DNA from: a virus
Lineage: Duplodnaviria; Caudoviricetes
Reading direction: 5' to 3' (one strand)
Length of the DNA: 64,000 nt
IMG/VR virus record: IMGVR_UViG_3300025909_000005
Numbering within the stretch: position 1 is the stretch's first letter; each line of letters opens with the position of its first letter. Both the position numbers and the translations under genes were made by a program. Positions 9,362 to 18,756 of this stretch are shown one piece after another. Under the pieces are notes generated by a model. That model had not been told where the DNA came from. It did no database searches and saw only the letters and a program-made list of their open reading frames with translations.

Positions 9362-9682
9362 ATGACCACCACGCAAACCACCCAAGTCGAAGCCACCAGC
9401 ACCGTCGCGACGGTCAAGCCCCTGGCCAAGTACCTCGCCGAGCGTCAAGCCCGCCGCCGCTGCAGCTTCGGCCCGGTCTGGATCCAGTCGGTCCTCGCCG
9501 GCACGGTCACCGACCAGGTCAAGCTCGTCGAACACGCCGTCGAACTGAAGATCGGCGCCCGCAGCGACATGAAGCGCCTGAAGCCGGCCACGCTGCTCGC
9601 CAAGGTGCAGAACGCCCTGGTCCCCGGCTTCGCCACCCTGCACAGCGAACCGGCCCCGACGGCCGAAACCACCGTCGCGTAA
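9362..9682 (+). CDS. hypothetical (probably early) protein
   Basis: SD AAGGA; strong C-ending codon bias. Confidence 0.75.
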   Translation: MTTTQTTQVEATSTVATVKPLAKYLAERQARRRCSFGPVWIQSVLAGTVTDQVKLVEHAVELKIGARSDMKRLKPATLLAKVQNALVPGFATLHSEPAPTAETTVA

Positions 9683-9702
9683 GCGAACCCTTCGCTTCCT
9701 TC

Positions 9703-9723
9703 AAAGCCGCCTTGTGCGGCTTT
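9703..9723 (+). terminator. putative intrinsic terminator
   Basis: AAAGCCGC-loop-GCGGCTTT hairpin. Confidence 0.5.
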
Positions 9724-9740
9724 GCCCGTTAGGAGAACCC

Positions 9741-9890
9741 ATGAACTACTTCACCTTCTCGGCCGTCGCCATCGTTGCGATGTTTGCCCTCTTCGGCTTC
9801 CAATCCTACCAGGAAAACCAGCTGAAGATCGCCCAGATCAACGCGCAGGCCAAGTGCCCGAGCACCGCGGCTTCGGGAGTGGCGCGATGA
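9741..9890 (+). CDS. small membrane-anchored protein (49 aa)
   Basis: SD AGGAG; N-terminal hydrophobic helix. Confidence 0.6.
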   Translation: MNYFTFSAVAIVAMFALFGFQSYQENQLKIAQINAQAKCPSTAASGVAR

Positions 9891-10174
9891 TATCACGCTC
9901 CAACACGATCGTCGGCAGCATCGCCATCGTTCTCGCCCTGCTGGTGGGCCTCGCTGTCGCCTACAAGGCCATGTACGGCCCGATCGCGTCGCACAAGTAC
10001 ACCTCGAACGTGAAGGACATTGCGTACTCGAAGGTCTGCATCGACGGTCACCAGTACCTGCACATCACCGACGAGGGTACTGCAGGCAACGACGGCAAAC
10101 CGCCGATTCCGCGCGCAAGCGCGTACGTGGTCAACGTCAACGACGACGGCACACCCGTCAAGTGTGGCCTCTGA
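9887..10174 (+). CDS. membrane-anchored protein
   Basis: ATGA overlap; N-terminal TM helix; two Cys. Confidence 0.65.
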   Translation: MISRSNTIVGSIAIVLALLVGLAVAYKAMYGPIASHKYTSNVKDIAYSKVCIDGHQYLHITDEGTAGNDGKPPIPRASAYVVNVNDDGTPVKCGL

Positions 10175-10347
10175 TGTACTCGGTCTACCTCGACCAGATT
10201 CCAGGAAGCTCGGGCTTTGGTGGCTGGAGCATCATCGATCCAGCTGGTAAGGTCGTGGACGAAGGCTACACGGAAGAGGGTGCCAAGCAGTTGGTCGAAC
10301 GTCTCAACGCACGTGAACATGGAGGACAAGATGCCAGTGTCGAATGA
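10174..10347 (+). CDS. hypothetical protein
   Basis: TGATG coupling. Confidence 0.55.
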   Translation: MYSVYLDQIPGSSGFGGWSIIDPAGKVVDEGYTEEGAKQLVERLNAREHGGQDASVE

Positions 10348-11080
10348 AGATGCCGAGTTCCTGAAGGTCGATGAGCTTACGTTCGGTACGCTCGTGCAGA
10401 AGGGCGGCTGGTGGATCGGTGTTCACTACTCGCCCAACGAGAAGCGCTACTGCCTCAACCTCCTGCCGTGCCTCACGATCTACTGGGTCATGCCGGGCGG
10501 CTACCTCCCGATCCGCGAGCTCGAGAAGCAGAAGGCGAAGCGCCGTTCGGCCACGATCGAGCCGGACGTTCCATGGTCACATGACCATTCGGAACACGTC
10601 CCGCAGTTCCATGAGGTGCAGTCCGCGCTGCGTGAGTACGAGCTGCTCGCTGGTTCGCCCGCGGCCCTGCAGCTGCTGTCGTACTTCGGCTCGACGCGCA
10701 TTCACGCGATGCATCCCGAAAAGTACCAAGGCCTGATCGATCGCTGTGCTCAAGAGGTGAGTCGAATCCGGATGAAGGGCTGGCACCGCGTTCCAGTGGA
10801 AAATGTGTGGACTGAGGACATCTGCCGCAGCGCGCCAGAAGAGGTTTCGTGGACTCCAAAACCTGGGGTCGCGGTGAAGTACCTTGGCAACCATGCCATG
10901 GACTACGCATGGTCAAATGGCGGTGGTACCAGCTTTAGCGAGTTGGTGCAAATTGGAGGCGCTGACTTCCTGATCGCAGGTCAGGTGCTTGAGGCAGGCA
11001 AGACCTACGAGCGGAAAGATGGAATGAAGTGGACAGAGACCGACGTCGGTGAAATAGGAAGGCGCCTCGGTTTGGGTTGA
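10331..11080 (+). CDS. hypothetical protein
   Basis: SD GGAGG. Confidence 0.7.
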   Translation: MPVSNEDAEFLKVDELTFGTLVQKGGWWIGVHYSPNEKRYCLNLLPCLTIYWVMPGGYLPIRELEKQKAKRRSATIEPDVPWSHDHSEHVPQFHEVQSALREYELLAGSPAALQLLSYFGSTRIHAMHPEKYQGLIDRCAQEVSRIRMKGWHRVPVENVWTEDICRSAPEEVSWTPKPGVAVKYLGNHAMDYAWSNGGGTSFSELVQIGGADFLIAGQVLEAGKTYERKDGMKWTETDVGEIGRRLGLG

Positions 11081-11117
11081 GACCGGTGTACGAGCGACGC
11101 GTCGCTCCCACATCTCG

Positions 11118-11162
11118 CTGTTACACTTCTCCTGTGTACATCTAGGGCAGAGTCGCTATAAT
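11118..11162 (+). promoter_or_regulatory. promoter CTGTTACACTT-N5-GTGTAC-N17-TATAAT
   Basis: second copy of the 9254 architecture. Confidence 0.65.
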
Positions 11163-11201
11163 GAATCTATCGACTAACCAACCTGCTCAAGGAAACTGAT
11201 C

Positions 11202-11597
11202 ATGCTGACCAAGACCCAAATCGCCGCCCTCCGTGTCAAGCTCGACAAGGCCCTCGCCGATTTCGCAGCTGAAAACGGCCTCACCTCCGGCGTCGGTTCC
11301 ATCAAGTACTCGGACACCTCGTTCGAAGCGAAGGTCACCTTCACCGAGAAGGACGCGAACCCGAACGCCGTCAACCCCGAATTCATCGTTCACCTCAAGC
11401 GCCGCGGCTTCTTCCTCGGCCTGACCGAGGCGATGATCGGCACGACCGTGGTCCTCAACGGCCGGCGCGGCCTGATCAAGTACACCTTCCAAGGCATGAA
11501 GAATTCCAAGATCGTCATGAAGGACGGCAACGCGCAGAACTTCCTGTTCAGCGACGAAATCGCCCCGAAGATCGTCGCCGCCTACAAGGCCGCCTGA
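11202..11597 (+). CDS. hypothetical (probably early) protein
   Basis: SD AAGGA. Confidence 0.75.
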   Translation: MLTKTQIAALRVKLDKALADFAAENGLTSGVGSIKYSDTSFEAKVTFTEKDANPNAVNPEFIVHLKRRGFFLGLTEAMIGTTVVLNGRRGLIKYTFQGMKNSKIVMKDGNAQNFLFSDEIAPKIVAAYKAA

Positions 11598-11599
11598 TC

Positions 11600-11980
11600 A
11601 TGAACTGGCCGCTCATCGGAGCCGGCCTTTCTCTCACAGTTGGCGCCATCGGTATTGGCGCCATCTTGTGGGATGCGAGGCGAACTCGTAGGACAGCTCG
11701 GGACCTGCGAGTAGCGAGCATCAAGCGCATCCAAGCGGACGTTGACGAGTATGTCAAGTCAATTGCTCTGTTGGACGCTCAGCTCGAGAAGTTTCAGAGG
11801 GTCGTAGACGCCTGCGTTGGTGAACGCCCCATGAAGAAGATCAAGCTTCTCGCTGACCTCGAAGGGATCACGATCGCGATCGACAAGTGTCGCGAGGCCT
11901 ACGAGAGACGAATGTTCGACCTCATCCTTGCAAAGGAAATGCTCGACTTGATCGACAACCCGCCCACCGAGGTCCGATGA
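11600..11980 (+). CDS. membrane-anchored coiled-coil protein
   Basis: N-terminal TM helix. Confidence 0.65.
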   Translation: MNWPLIGAGLSLTVGAIGIGAILWDARRTRRTARDLRVASIKRIQADVDEYVKSIALLDAQLEKFQRVVDACVGERPMKKIKLLADLEGITIAIDKCREAYERRMFDLILAKEMLDLIDNPPTEVR

Positions 11981-12279
11981 ACGTCATCGAGGTTGGTGCC
12001 ATATGGATTGGGGCGATGGCGATCCTCGGCCCGCTGAGCGACTTGCAGATGCGGCGCAGCAGCAAGCGCTACATCAAGCGAGATTTACGCATCTGGCACC
12101 AAGCTAGGCTTGAAGATGCGAATGCCCGTGGGAAGATCATCTATGCCCTTCAGGAACGAGCTAAAGGCGAGACGAAAATGAAGCGCTTGAAGATCGAACA
12201 CGATTTGCAGGTTCTCTCCCTGAAGCAATCGATCACGATGAGTCAGATCAAATCGCTTAAAAGTGATTTACGCAAGTAG
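11977..12279 (+). CDS. membrane-anchored hypothetical protein
   Basis: ATGA overlap; ends in TAG. Confidence 0.6.
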   Translation: MNVIEVGAIWIGAMAILGPLSDLQMRRSSKRYIKRDLRIWHQARLEDANARGKIIYALQERAKGETKMKRLKIEHDLQVLSLKQSITMSQIKSLKSDLRK

Positions 12280-12318
12280 CGCATCGGTGTATAATGGAAC
12301 CATCAACACGGAGTCCCA

Positions 12319-13629
12319 ATGAATTTTGCTGAAGTCATCGCAGCCTGTGAGAACTCCACGGGTGGCGGCTCGAAGGCTGCCATCAAGGAACACCTGGCGA
12401 AGCTGGATGCACCGAGCCGGCGGCTCGCGTGGTACGCCCAGAACCCCTACGTCACCTTCTACGTGAAGAAGTTCGACAAGCCGTTCACGTATGCCGAGCA
12501 GGACCCCGAGTCGCTCGACATGTTCTTCGCACTGCTCGATCGTCTCTCGAAGCGTGAGATCACCGGCAACGCAGCCCGCGAAGCCGTTCGCGATGCGCTC
12601 GGCACGTTCACGCAGAAGACCGCCGAGTTCATCGAGCGCGTCATCGACAAGGACCTCAAGGGTGGCTTCAGCGCCGACACCTACAACAAGGTGTGGCCGA
12701 CCGACCCCGTTCCCAGCTGGGAAGAGCAGCTCGCCGAGAAGTGCGAGGAGGTCGAAGACTTCGAGAAGTACGTCACCTTTCCGTGCTGGGCGGACATCAA
12801 GTACGACGGCACCCGCCAGTTCGCGTTCGTTCGCAAGGGCCAGCCGGTCGAGTACCGCGCTCGTGGTGGCAAACCATCAGACCACCTGAACGGCCTGTTC
12901 GACGAGGACCTCCTCGCTGTTCGAGAGCAGCTCGACTACGACTTCATCGTGGACGGCGAAACGCTGTCGGCCGAGTTCGCCGGCGCGATGAACGCCAAGG
13001 GCAGCAAGAACGTGGATGCGAAGAAGAGCCTGATCTTCCGCGCCTTCTACATCATGCCGATCGCCCACTGGATCGAGCAGTCGACCACCATCACGAACGA
13101 TGAAGCCCGCGAGTTCATCGCACGCATGTTCAAGGACACCAAGACGGTTCGTCCGACGGTCGGCCGCATGGTCTCCGACTACAACGACATGATGGCCTTC
13201 TGCAACCAGGTCATCGACGACGAGACGAAGTCGAAGGCCGAGCGTGAAGGTCTGATCCTCAAGGACGGCTCGGCCGTCTACGAGTGGAAGCGGTCCTACA
13301 CGTGGGTGAAGGTCAAGCGCTTCTACGACGTTGATGCACGCATCGTCGGCTTTTACCCTGGCCGCGCCAAGAGCAGGCTCGAGAACACCGTCGGCGGGGT
13401 CAACTGCGTGGCCTTCCTCGAAGGCGGTGAACGCGTCGAGTTCAACGTCGGCTCCGGCTTCAGCGACGCGCAACGCGCCGACATGAAGGCCAACCCCGAC
13501 AAGTGGCTCAAGGGCACCCATGTCATCTCGTACCAGGAGATCACGAAGGCCAAGGGCAAGGAGCTTCGCTCCCTCCGCTTCTGCACGCTGAAGCAGGCCT
13601 TCCGCGAAGACAAGCTGGTCGAAATCTAA
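12319..13629 (+). CDS. ATP-dependent DNA ligase
   Basis: KYDG adenylation motif, DGE, EGLILK, KVK, C-terminal OB fold (VGSGFSD). Confidence 0.92.
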   Translation: MNFAEVIAACENSTGGGSKAAIKEHLAKLDAPSRRLAWYAQNPYVTFYVKKFDKPFTYAEQDPESLDMFFALLDRLSKREITGNAAREAVRDALGTFTQKTAEFIERVIDKDLKGGFSADTYNKVWPTDPVPSWEEQLAEKCEEVEDFEKYVTFPCWADIKYDGTRQFAFVRKGQPVEYRARGGKPSDHLNGLFDEDLLAVREQLDYDFIVDGETLSAEFAGAMNAKGSKNVDAKKSLIFRAFYIMPIAHWIEQSTTITNDEAREFIARMFKDTKTVRPTVGRMVSDYNDMMAFCNQVIDDETKSKAEREGLILKDGSAVYEWKRSYTWVKVKRFYDVDARIVGFYPGRAKSRLENTVGGVNCVAFLEGGERVEFNVGSGFSDAQRADMKANPDKWLKGTHVISYQEITKAKGKELRSLRFCTLKQAFREDKLVEI

Positions 13630-13639
13630 GGAGATTCTG

Positions 13640-13837
13640 ATGGCCCCGTACGTATGGTTCGTGATCTCGATCCTCGTCTTCTACGCCATCCTCCTCCGAT
13701 ACGCCCGTGACGTGAGCAACATTGAGTGCCCTGAGTCGCGGGACGTTCCCTTCCCCCTGATCTTTCACCTCGCGGTGCTGGTCGTCGCAGCGGTCCCCTC
13801 CTCTGTCATCGCGCTCCTCTCCGCCTACATCAACTAA
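13640..13837 (+). CDS. small membrane protein
   Basis: SD AAGGAG; two hydrophobic helices. Confidence 0.65.
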   Translation: MAPYVWFVISILVFYAILLRYARDVSNIECPESRDVPFPLIFHLAVLVVAAVPSSVIALLSAYIN

Positions 13838-13839
13838 AA

Positions 13840-14304
13840 ATGACCTTTGCAGAAATCAAAGCCCTGGGCGACAACGGCGTCACAGGCAAGGCGAACGCGT
13901 TCGTGCAGGCACTCATGTCTGCGTGGCTCGATACACAGAACATGGAAGAGCTGCTCGAGTACGCAGATGACTACGAGACCGCAGAAGAGTACCGTGAGGG
14001 TTTCCTCGAGGTCGACAGTTACTGCGACGAGAACTACCTCGAAATGTTCACTGAGCTGGACTGCATCGAGCTCAAGGACGGAACCTTCTACCTGAAGACC
14101 TACGAGTCCCAGGGAGGTGGTGAAGGTGGTGGTGAAGACGTCACCCGCGTGATCGGCGTCTCTGATGACCAGCACGTGGAGCCCTTCGCCTACGTGCGCG
14201 TCACTGGCACCTACTACTCGTACGACGGCACCACGTACAGCGAGAACCAGTACTTCGTCTTCCCGTACGAAGTGCTGGTTACGAAGTTCAAGGACCGGCC
14301 GTGA
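13840..14304 (+). CDS. acidic hypothetical protein
   Basis: 154 aa. Confidence 0.7.
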   Translation: MTFAEIKALGDNGVTGKANAFVQALMSAWLDTQNMEELLEYADDYETAEEYREGFLEVDSYCDENYLEMFTELDCIELKDGTFYLKTYESQGGGEGGGEDVTRVIGVSDDQHVEPFAYVRVTGTYYSYDGTTYSENQYFVFPYEVLVTKFKDRP

Positions 14305-14570
14305 GCCAATTCAAGAAGCAGGACGAAACGTCAAAGCAGGTTGCCTACCGCATCCTGCAGGCGCTGAATCTCTTCAAGAACGAGAAGCCTGAGATTCGTG
14401 AACGAGCTGAGCAGATCGTGATGAGCCGCGTTCAGCGGTTTCGCTCGGGTGAAGGAAACCTTGTCATTGACGGTCGAGACCTCGTTCGGGAAATTCCTGA
14501 ACCTGGGACTGAGCCAGAGATAAATACCAGTGAGGACAAACCCACTGGAGAGGATCCTGAAGCTCTATGA
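14301..14570 (+). CDS. hypothetical protein
   Basis: GTGA overlap. Confidence 0.55.
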   Translation: MSQFKKQDETSKQVAYRILQALNLFKNEKPEIRERAEQIVMSRVQRFRSGEGNLVIDGRDLVREIPEPGTEPEINTSEDKPTGEDPEAL

Positions 14571-14751
14571 CTTCTCAGCGTACGCCGAAAGGCGAGACGC
14601 CATCCGTAAGGAACGTGCCGCTGCTGAGGCGGTCGTAGAAGCCGTCGCGCATCTCCAGGAACCGGGATCGGTACACGAGCTGAAGCAGCGAGTAAACGGG
14701 TGGTTCTCACTACACAAAGAAGCAATCCAACGCGTGGCGAACCTGTCCTAA
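14530..14751 (+). CDS. hypothetical protein
   Basis: 73 aa. Confidence 0.5.
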   Translation: MRTNPLERILKLYDFSAYAERRDAIRKERAAAEAVVEAVAHLQEPGSVHELKQRVNGWFSLHKEAIQRVANLS

Positions 14752-14780
14752 TGAGTCGTCCCGTATGAGGACGTGATAGA

Positions 14781-15632
14781 ATGGACAATATGAAGCCGCG
14801 TTACATTAGAGTCGTTAGCGACCTCCACCTCGAACAGTACTCGGGCAACCGCCCTGAGTTCAATCTGAAGACGTTTATTCCCGAGGATCCTCGCGATGCC
14901 GAGTCAGTTCTCGTGTTGGCTGGTGACATCGACTCTCACCCGGAAACGCTGTACCCGTTTCTTCAAGTTGCACCTACGCGGTTCATGCATGCGATTTATG
15001 TGCCTGGAAACCATGAGTTCTACGGTCACGACATGGATGAGTGGGCAAAGAACCTTCAAGCGCTGGCCGATGCGTACGCCTTTCCAAAGCTGAGTCTCTC
15101 GACGCTGGGTGTTGGCGAGCTGAAGCTAGAGAACGTCCGCTTCATCTTCACCACGTTGTGGGGAGATGGTGGCAAGTCACAATATGAACAGCTGATGGTC
15201 GGAAAGTACCTGCGTGACTTCTCCGTGATTCGTCGCAGTGGGCGTGGCTTCAAGGTGCCCGACATGATCGAGCTGCACAAGCAGCAGCGCGCAGAAGTAG
15301 AGCGTTTGTTGGGCGAACCGTTCGATGGCGTGAATGTCGTCGTCTCGCACCACATGCCCTCGTACCGCTTGTGTCATCCGCGCTTTGGCACGGATGCCAA
15401 TGGCGGTTTCGCGTCGAACATGGACCTGTTCCTGTCGCATGATACCGCGCCGCACATCTGGATTCATGGCCATACGCATGATTCCATCGACACCCGTCTA
15501 TGGAAGACCCGCGTCGTCTGCAACCCATCGGGTTACTACTTTGAGAACGATGCACGCTACAAGAACTTCAAGCCCAGGTTTCTTGACCTAGAGAACCTTA
15601 ATGAGGATCGTGAGGCGCAAGTCGATGGCTGA
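14781..15632 (+). CDS. calcineurin-like metallophosphoesterase
   Basis: SDLHLE, AGDI, PGNHEFY, SHHMPS and HGHTH motifs. Confidence 0.9.
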   Translation: MDNMKPRYIRVVSDLHLEQYSGNRPEFNLKTFIPEDPRDAESVLVLAGDIDSHPETLYPFLQVAPTRFMHAIYVPGNHEFYGHDMDEWAKNLQALADAYAFPKLSLSTLGVGELKLENVRFIFTTLWGDGGKSQYEQLMVGKYLRDFSVIRRSGRGFKVPDMIELHKQQRAEVERLLGEPFDGVNVVVSHHMPSYRLCHPRFGTDANGGFASNMDLFLSHDTAPHIWIHGHTHDSIDTRLWKTRVVCNPSGYYFENDARYKNFKPRFLDLENLNEDREAQVDG

Positions 15633-16044
15633 CATCCTACAGTTCCCCACTCCCAAGAAGTCGTCCACGCCGCCGTCTATCCAGCAGCTGGCGCTGGACT
15701 GCTCTGAGGAGATCGATGGGAACTGGGAGAAGTTTGCCCGCAACAACCGGCTGAACGACTACTTCGTCCAGTCCGTCCCATCGTGGACACAACCTAGCGT
15801 CGACTATCTGTCAGACCTCAACGCGCTCTCACTGATCGAGAGCAAGATTGGTTTGAACATCGGTCTCTTCGCGCCGCAGACAATCGATGAGTCTCAAATC
15901 GGTTGGCTTGCAAACTTCAAGATCAATGGAATACCCGTCGGTACGCCCTTCATGATGTCTGAAGCGTACGCCCGGTGTTTCAATATCCTGCTTTTCCTGA
16001 AACTCCGCCGAGAGATGACCACCCTCGGCATTGAAATCTTCTGA
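15625..16044 (+). CDS. hypothetical protein
   Basis: start MADILQF. Confidence 0.7.
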   Translation: MADILQFPTPKKSSTPPSIQQLALDCSEEIDGNWEKFARNNRLNDYFVQSVPSWTQPSVDYLSDLNALSLIESKIGLNIGLFAPQTIDESQIGWLANFKINGIPVGTPFMMSEAYARCFNILLFLKLRREMTTLGIEIF

Positions 16045-16050
16045 GACACC

Positions 16051-16344
16051 ATGACAACCATTTCCCTGTACGCCATCAGGCGTGATGTTGACGGCCAGTA
16101 CTTTGGCGGCTTTGATCCAACGATGAATCAAGCCCGCCTCGTAAGCTCGGCACTTGAGGCAAAGCTTTTCACCAACAAGTTCGACATCAACCTCCGTCCA
16201 GACGAGAAGATGGTAGAGGTCATCGTGACCCTTTCCGAATCGAATACACAGATCACCGCAGCTTTCAAGCCGCGCCGTCGCTCTGACCGCATCGTGGGTG
16301 CTGAAGGCGTTCCACGCGATGGAGGCCGTCGCAGCACCGACTGA
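16051..16344 (+). CDS. hypothetical protein
   Basis: 97 aa. Confidence 0.65.
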   Translation: MTTISLYAIRRDVDGQYFGGFDPTMNQARLVSSALEAKLFTNKFDINLRPDEKMVEVIVTLSESNTQITAAFKPRRRSDRIVGAEGVPRDGGRRSTD

Positions 16345-16373
16345 TGTACGTGAGCGCAGGTTCGGTGTATAAT
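16344..16373 (+). promoter_or_regulatory. promoter ATGTAC-N18-TATAAT
   Basis: consensus shared with at least 9 other sites. Confidence 0.55.
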
Positions 16374-16378
16374 GAACC

Positions 16379-16582
16379 ATGACCACCGAACTTACTCCTG
16401 AATTCCAAGCCGCTCTCCGCGAGTGGCTCTCGGAAAACCTCCGCGTGCAGGTCGACATCGATCGCGGCAGCTACGGTGCTGACCCGTCGATCATCATCGG
16501 TCTCCGCTTCGGCGACGAGATCGATTCGTTCTACGAGGTGCGCGAAACGCTGCCACCTCCCGAACGCTTCGGACGAGACTGA
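16379..16582 (+). CDS. hypothetical protein
   Basis: 67 aa. Confidence 0.6.
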   Translation: MTTELTPEFQAALREWLSENLRVQVDIDRGSYGADPSIIIGLRFGDEIDSFYEVRETLPPPERFGRD

Positions 16583-17184
16583 TGCAAGTCTACCACTCTG
16601 AACTGAGCCTCGAGGAGGGCTTCGATGTCCTGAGCAAGGACAAGGAGTCTCGCCTCGTTCGTGGCAAGCGCGTGAGCGCTTGCTCTGGCATTCGCCTGTT
16701 CGAGTCCCTTCGCGGGCGGCCGATCCGCTGCTGGGAATGTGGGGCGCAAGCCGACCGCTGGATCGCCGAGAAGGGCCAGCGTGACCTCTACGGCGCGCCC
16801 GTCCTGAACCTCTACGGTCTGCGTGACGGCAAACTCGTCATGATCAACCGCGACCACATCATCCCCAAGTCCCTGGGCGGCGTCGACGACATTGCCAACC
16901 TCCGGCCTGCCTGTGAGGTCTGCAACGGCAGTCGTGGCAACGAAGTCACGGGAGTGGACATCCAGTTCCGCCTCGACAACCCGCACCTCATCTCTCCGCA
17001 TCGCCTGCAAGAAGGTCGGAACGGTGCGCGGCGCGCGTGGTACCGGGCTGGCATCCCGGAGTGGGAACGTCAGAAGGCAGTGGCGCCTTTCGTGGCGCTC
17101 GACCCGAACTTCATGAAGTGGATTCGTGAGAACCCACTGGAAGTTCCGACCGACAAGCACAAGCCAAAGAAGGCGGCGGCATGA
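16582..17184 (+). CDS. HNH endonuclease
   Basis: CWEC...DHIIPKSLGG.DDIANL.PACEVCNGSRGN. Confidence 0.85.
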   Translation: MQVYHSELSLEEGFDVLSKDKESRLVRGKRVSACSGIRLFESLRGRPIRCWECGAQADRWIAEKGQRDLYGAPVLNLYGLRDGKLVMINRDHIIPKSLGGVDDIANLRPACEVCNGSRGNEVTGVDIQFRLDNPHLISPHRLQEGRNGARRAWYRAGIPEWERQKAVAPFVALDPNFMKWIRENPLEVPTDKHKPKKAAA

Positions 17185-17528
17185 AGCGCAAGATCAATCC
17201 CGATCACGAGATGACGGGCGGTGATGCAATCGGCTGGAACCTCTTCTACAAGAAGGACAAGCCGTACATCACCGTGCGTCTGACGACGCCTGACCTCTTC
17301 CTTGCCGAGGTCAACTGGGGTGACGCCATCTACATGTTCCAGCGATGGACGAAGTTCGTTCGGAAGCCCAACTATTGGAAGGTGTACCGCCTCGGCCGCA
17401 ACGCGGGTCGAGAGGTTCTTTTCGAGGGGCTCAATCCGAATGAGATGCTTCGCCGCATCTGGAACGGTGAGTTTGGTGACTTCGCCCGCATTGATGACAG
17501 CAAGCCAGAAGACGCGACTACCCACTGA
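17181..17528 (+). CDS. hypothetical protein
   Basis: ATGA overlap. Confidence 0.65.
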   Translation: MKRKINPDHEMTGGDAIGWNLFYKKDKPYITVRLTTPDLFLAEVNWGDAIYMFQRWTKFVRKPNYWKVYRLGRNAGREVLFEGLNPNEMLRRIWNGEFGDFARIDDSKPEDATTH

Positions 17529-17589
17529 AACGCGCGGGTAATAGCATTAGTGGCTAGATAGCCGCCGCACCCAGTAGTGGCAAGATAGT

Positions 17590-17618
17590 GTGTACATTTC
17601 CCAAGGTGTGGGTATAAT
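17590..17618 (+). promoter_or_regulatory. promoter GTGTAC-N17-TATAAT
   Basis: direct sequence reading. Confidence 0.6.
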
Positions 17619-17624
17619 GAACAC

Positions 17625-17918
17625 ATGAACGCAAACCTCCACATCGTCCTGAAGCACATGTCCTACGGCTGGCGCGACGACGAAATCCTGGGTCCCGTCA
17701 ACTGGGTGTCGGTTCACGAGTGCGTGCAGATGCTGATCATGGACCACAGCGGTCCGCATCAGCTCGTGCACTGCATCTACGAGCTGGAAGTCAAGGACGG
17801 CAAGACCTGGGAAGACCAGGTCGCAGGCCTCCTGAAGATCGCCACGAAGGAACGCGTTCCTGCCAAGAACCGCAAGGTCGAAGTCCAGCACCTCGACTGC
17901 GGCCCTCGTTACCGCTAA
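17625..17918 (+). CDS. hypothetical protein
   Basis: 97 aa. Confidence 0.65.
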   Translation: MNANLHIVLKHMSYGWRDDEILGPVNWVSVHECVQMLIMDHSGPHQLVHCIYELEVKDGKTWEDQVAGLLKIATKERVPAKNRKVEVQHLDCGPRYR

Positions 17919-17926
17919 GGAACCAC

Positions 17927-18340
17927 ATGCGCTCAGCAGTTTGCGTCCTCATCGAGGGCGAGGAGTCCGGCACCTACATCGCCGTCTCGCGCCGCAACGA
18001 CTACACCAAGTGGGGCCTGCCCGGCGGCAAGGTCGATCCAGGTGAAACGAATCTCGAAGCAGTTCAGCGCGAAACGTTCGAAGAAGTCGGTTTTCTACCG
18101 CACAAAATCTGGCTCGAACCGATCTACTCGGGACTGTGCGAAGGTGGCGAAGGTGGCGAGGACTTCTGGGTCACAACGTATGCATCGCGCTACGTACGCA
18201 TGAACCTCTCGGACCTCGTCCTCGAAGAAGGACTGCAGGTAATGTCGCTGACCCGCTCGAACCTGACCGATCCCTTGATCTGTCCGTTCGCCAAGTACAA
18301 CAGGTTCGTCTTCGCAGCCCTGGAGGCCTATCAGTCGTGA
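17927..18340 (+). CDS. NUDIX hydrolase
   Basis: GLPGGKVDPGETNLEAVQRETFEEVG Nudix box; SD AAGGA. Confidence 0.9.
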   Translation: MRSAVCVLIEGEESGTYIAVSRRNDYTKWGLPGGKVDPGETNLEAVQRETFEEVGFLPHKIWLEPIYSGLCEGGEGGEDFWVTTYASRYVRMNLSDLVLEEGLQVMSLTRSNLTDPLICPFAKYNRFVFAALEAYQS

Positions 18341-18618
18341 GTTCGCAAGGCTCTCGTTGAGATGGTCTTGCCTTGCTCATTCATGATGTAGACGTTGCCC
18401 AAGATCGGGTACGTCTCCTGCGCGTCGCTGTTCTCCCGAATGACGATCATGACTGAGGCGTTGCCGTTGAAGTCGCTTGGATTGTAGGGGTTCGTGTAGA
18501 GCGAACCCCACTCGCCGAACTGAATCCGATCCTTCGGACCAACGGTGATGAGGGAGTAGTTCTTGCCCTCGTAAACGTCAGCCGTATCTTCGGCCGACAT
18601 CATCTTGATGTAAAGCAT
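18331..18618 (-). CDS. hypothetical protein, late-promoter driven
   Basis: SD AGGA on minus strand; TAAATA on minus strand at 18660-18665. Confidence 0.65.
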   Translation of the reverse strand: MLYIKMMSAEDTADVYEGKNYSLITVGPKDRIQFGEWGSLYTNPYNPSDFNGNASVMIVIRENSDAQETYPILGNVYIMNEQGKTISTRALRTHD

Positions 18619-18756
18619 GGTGAGTCCTAGTAGTTGTGGTGTTGCCATCTCTGGCTCACTATTTACCAGGCCATCAACCTGCGAGGTGTCCTGATCAAAC
18701 CAACACCTCCGGTGACCTTCGAACTATAATGAATGACCTAACAGAAGGACAGTGAC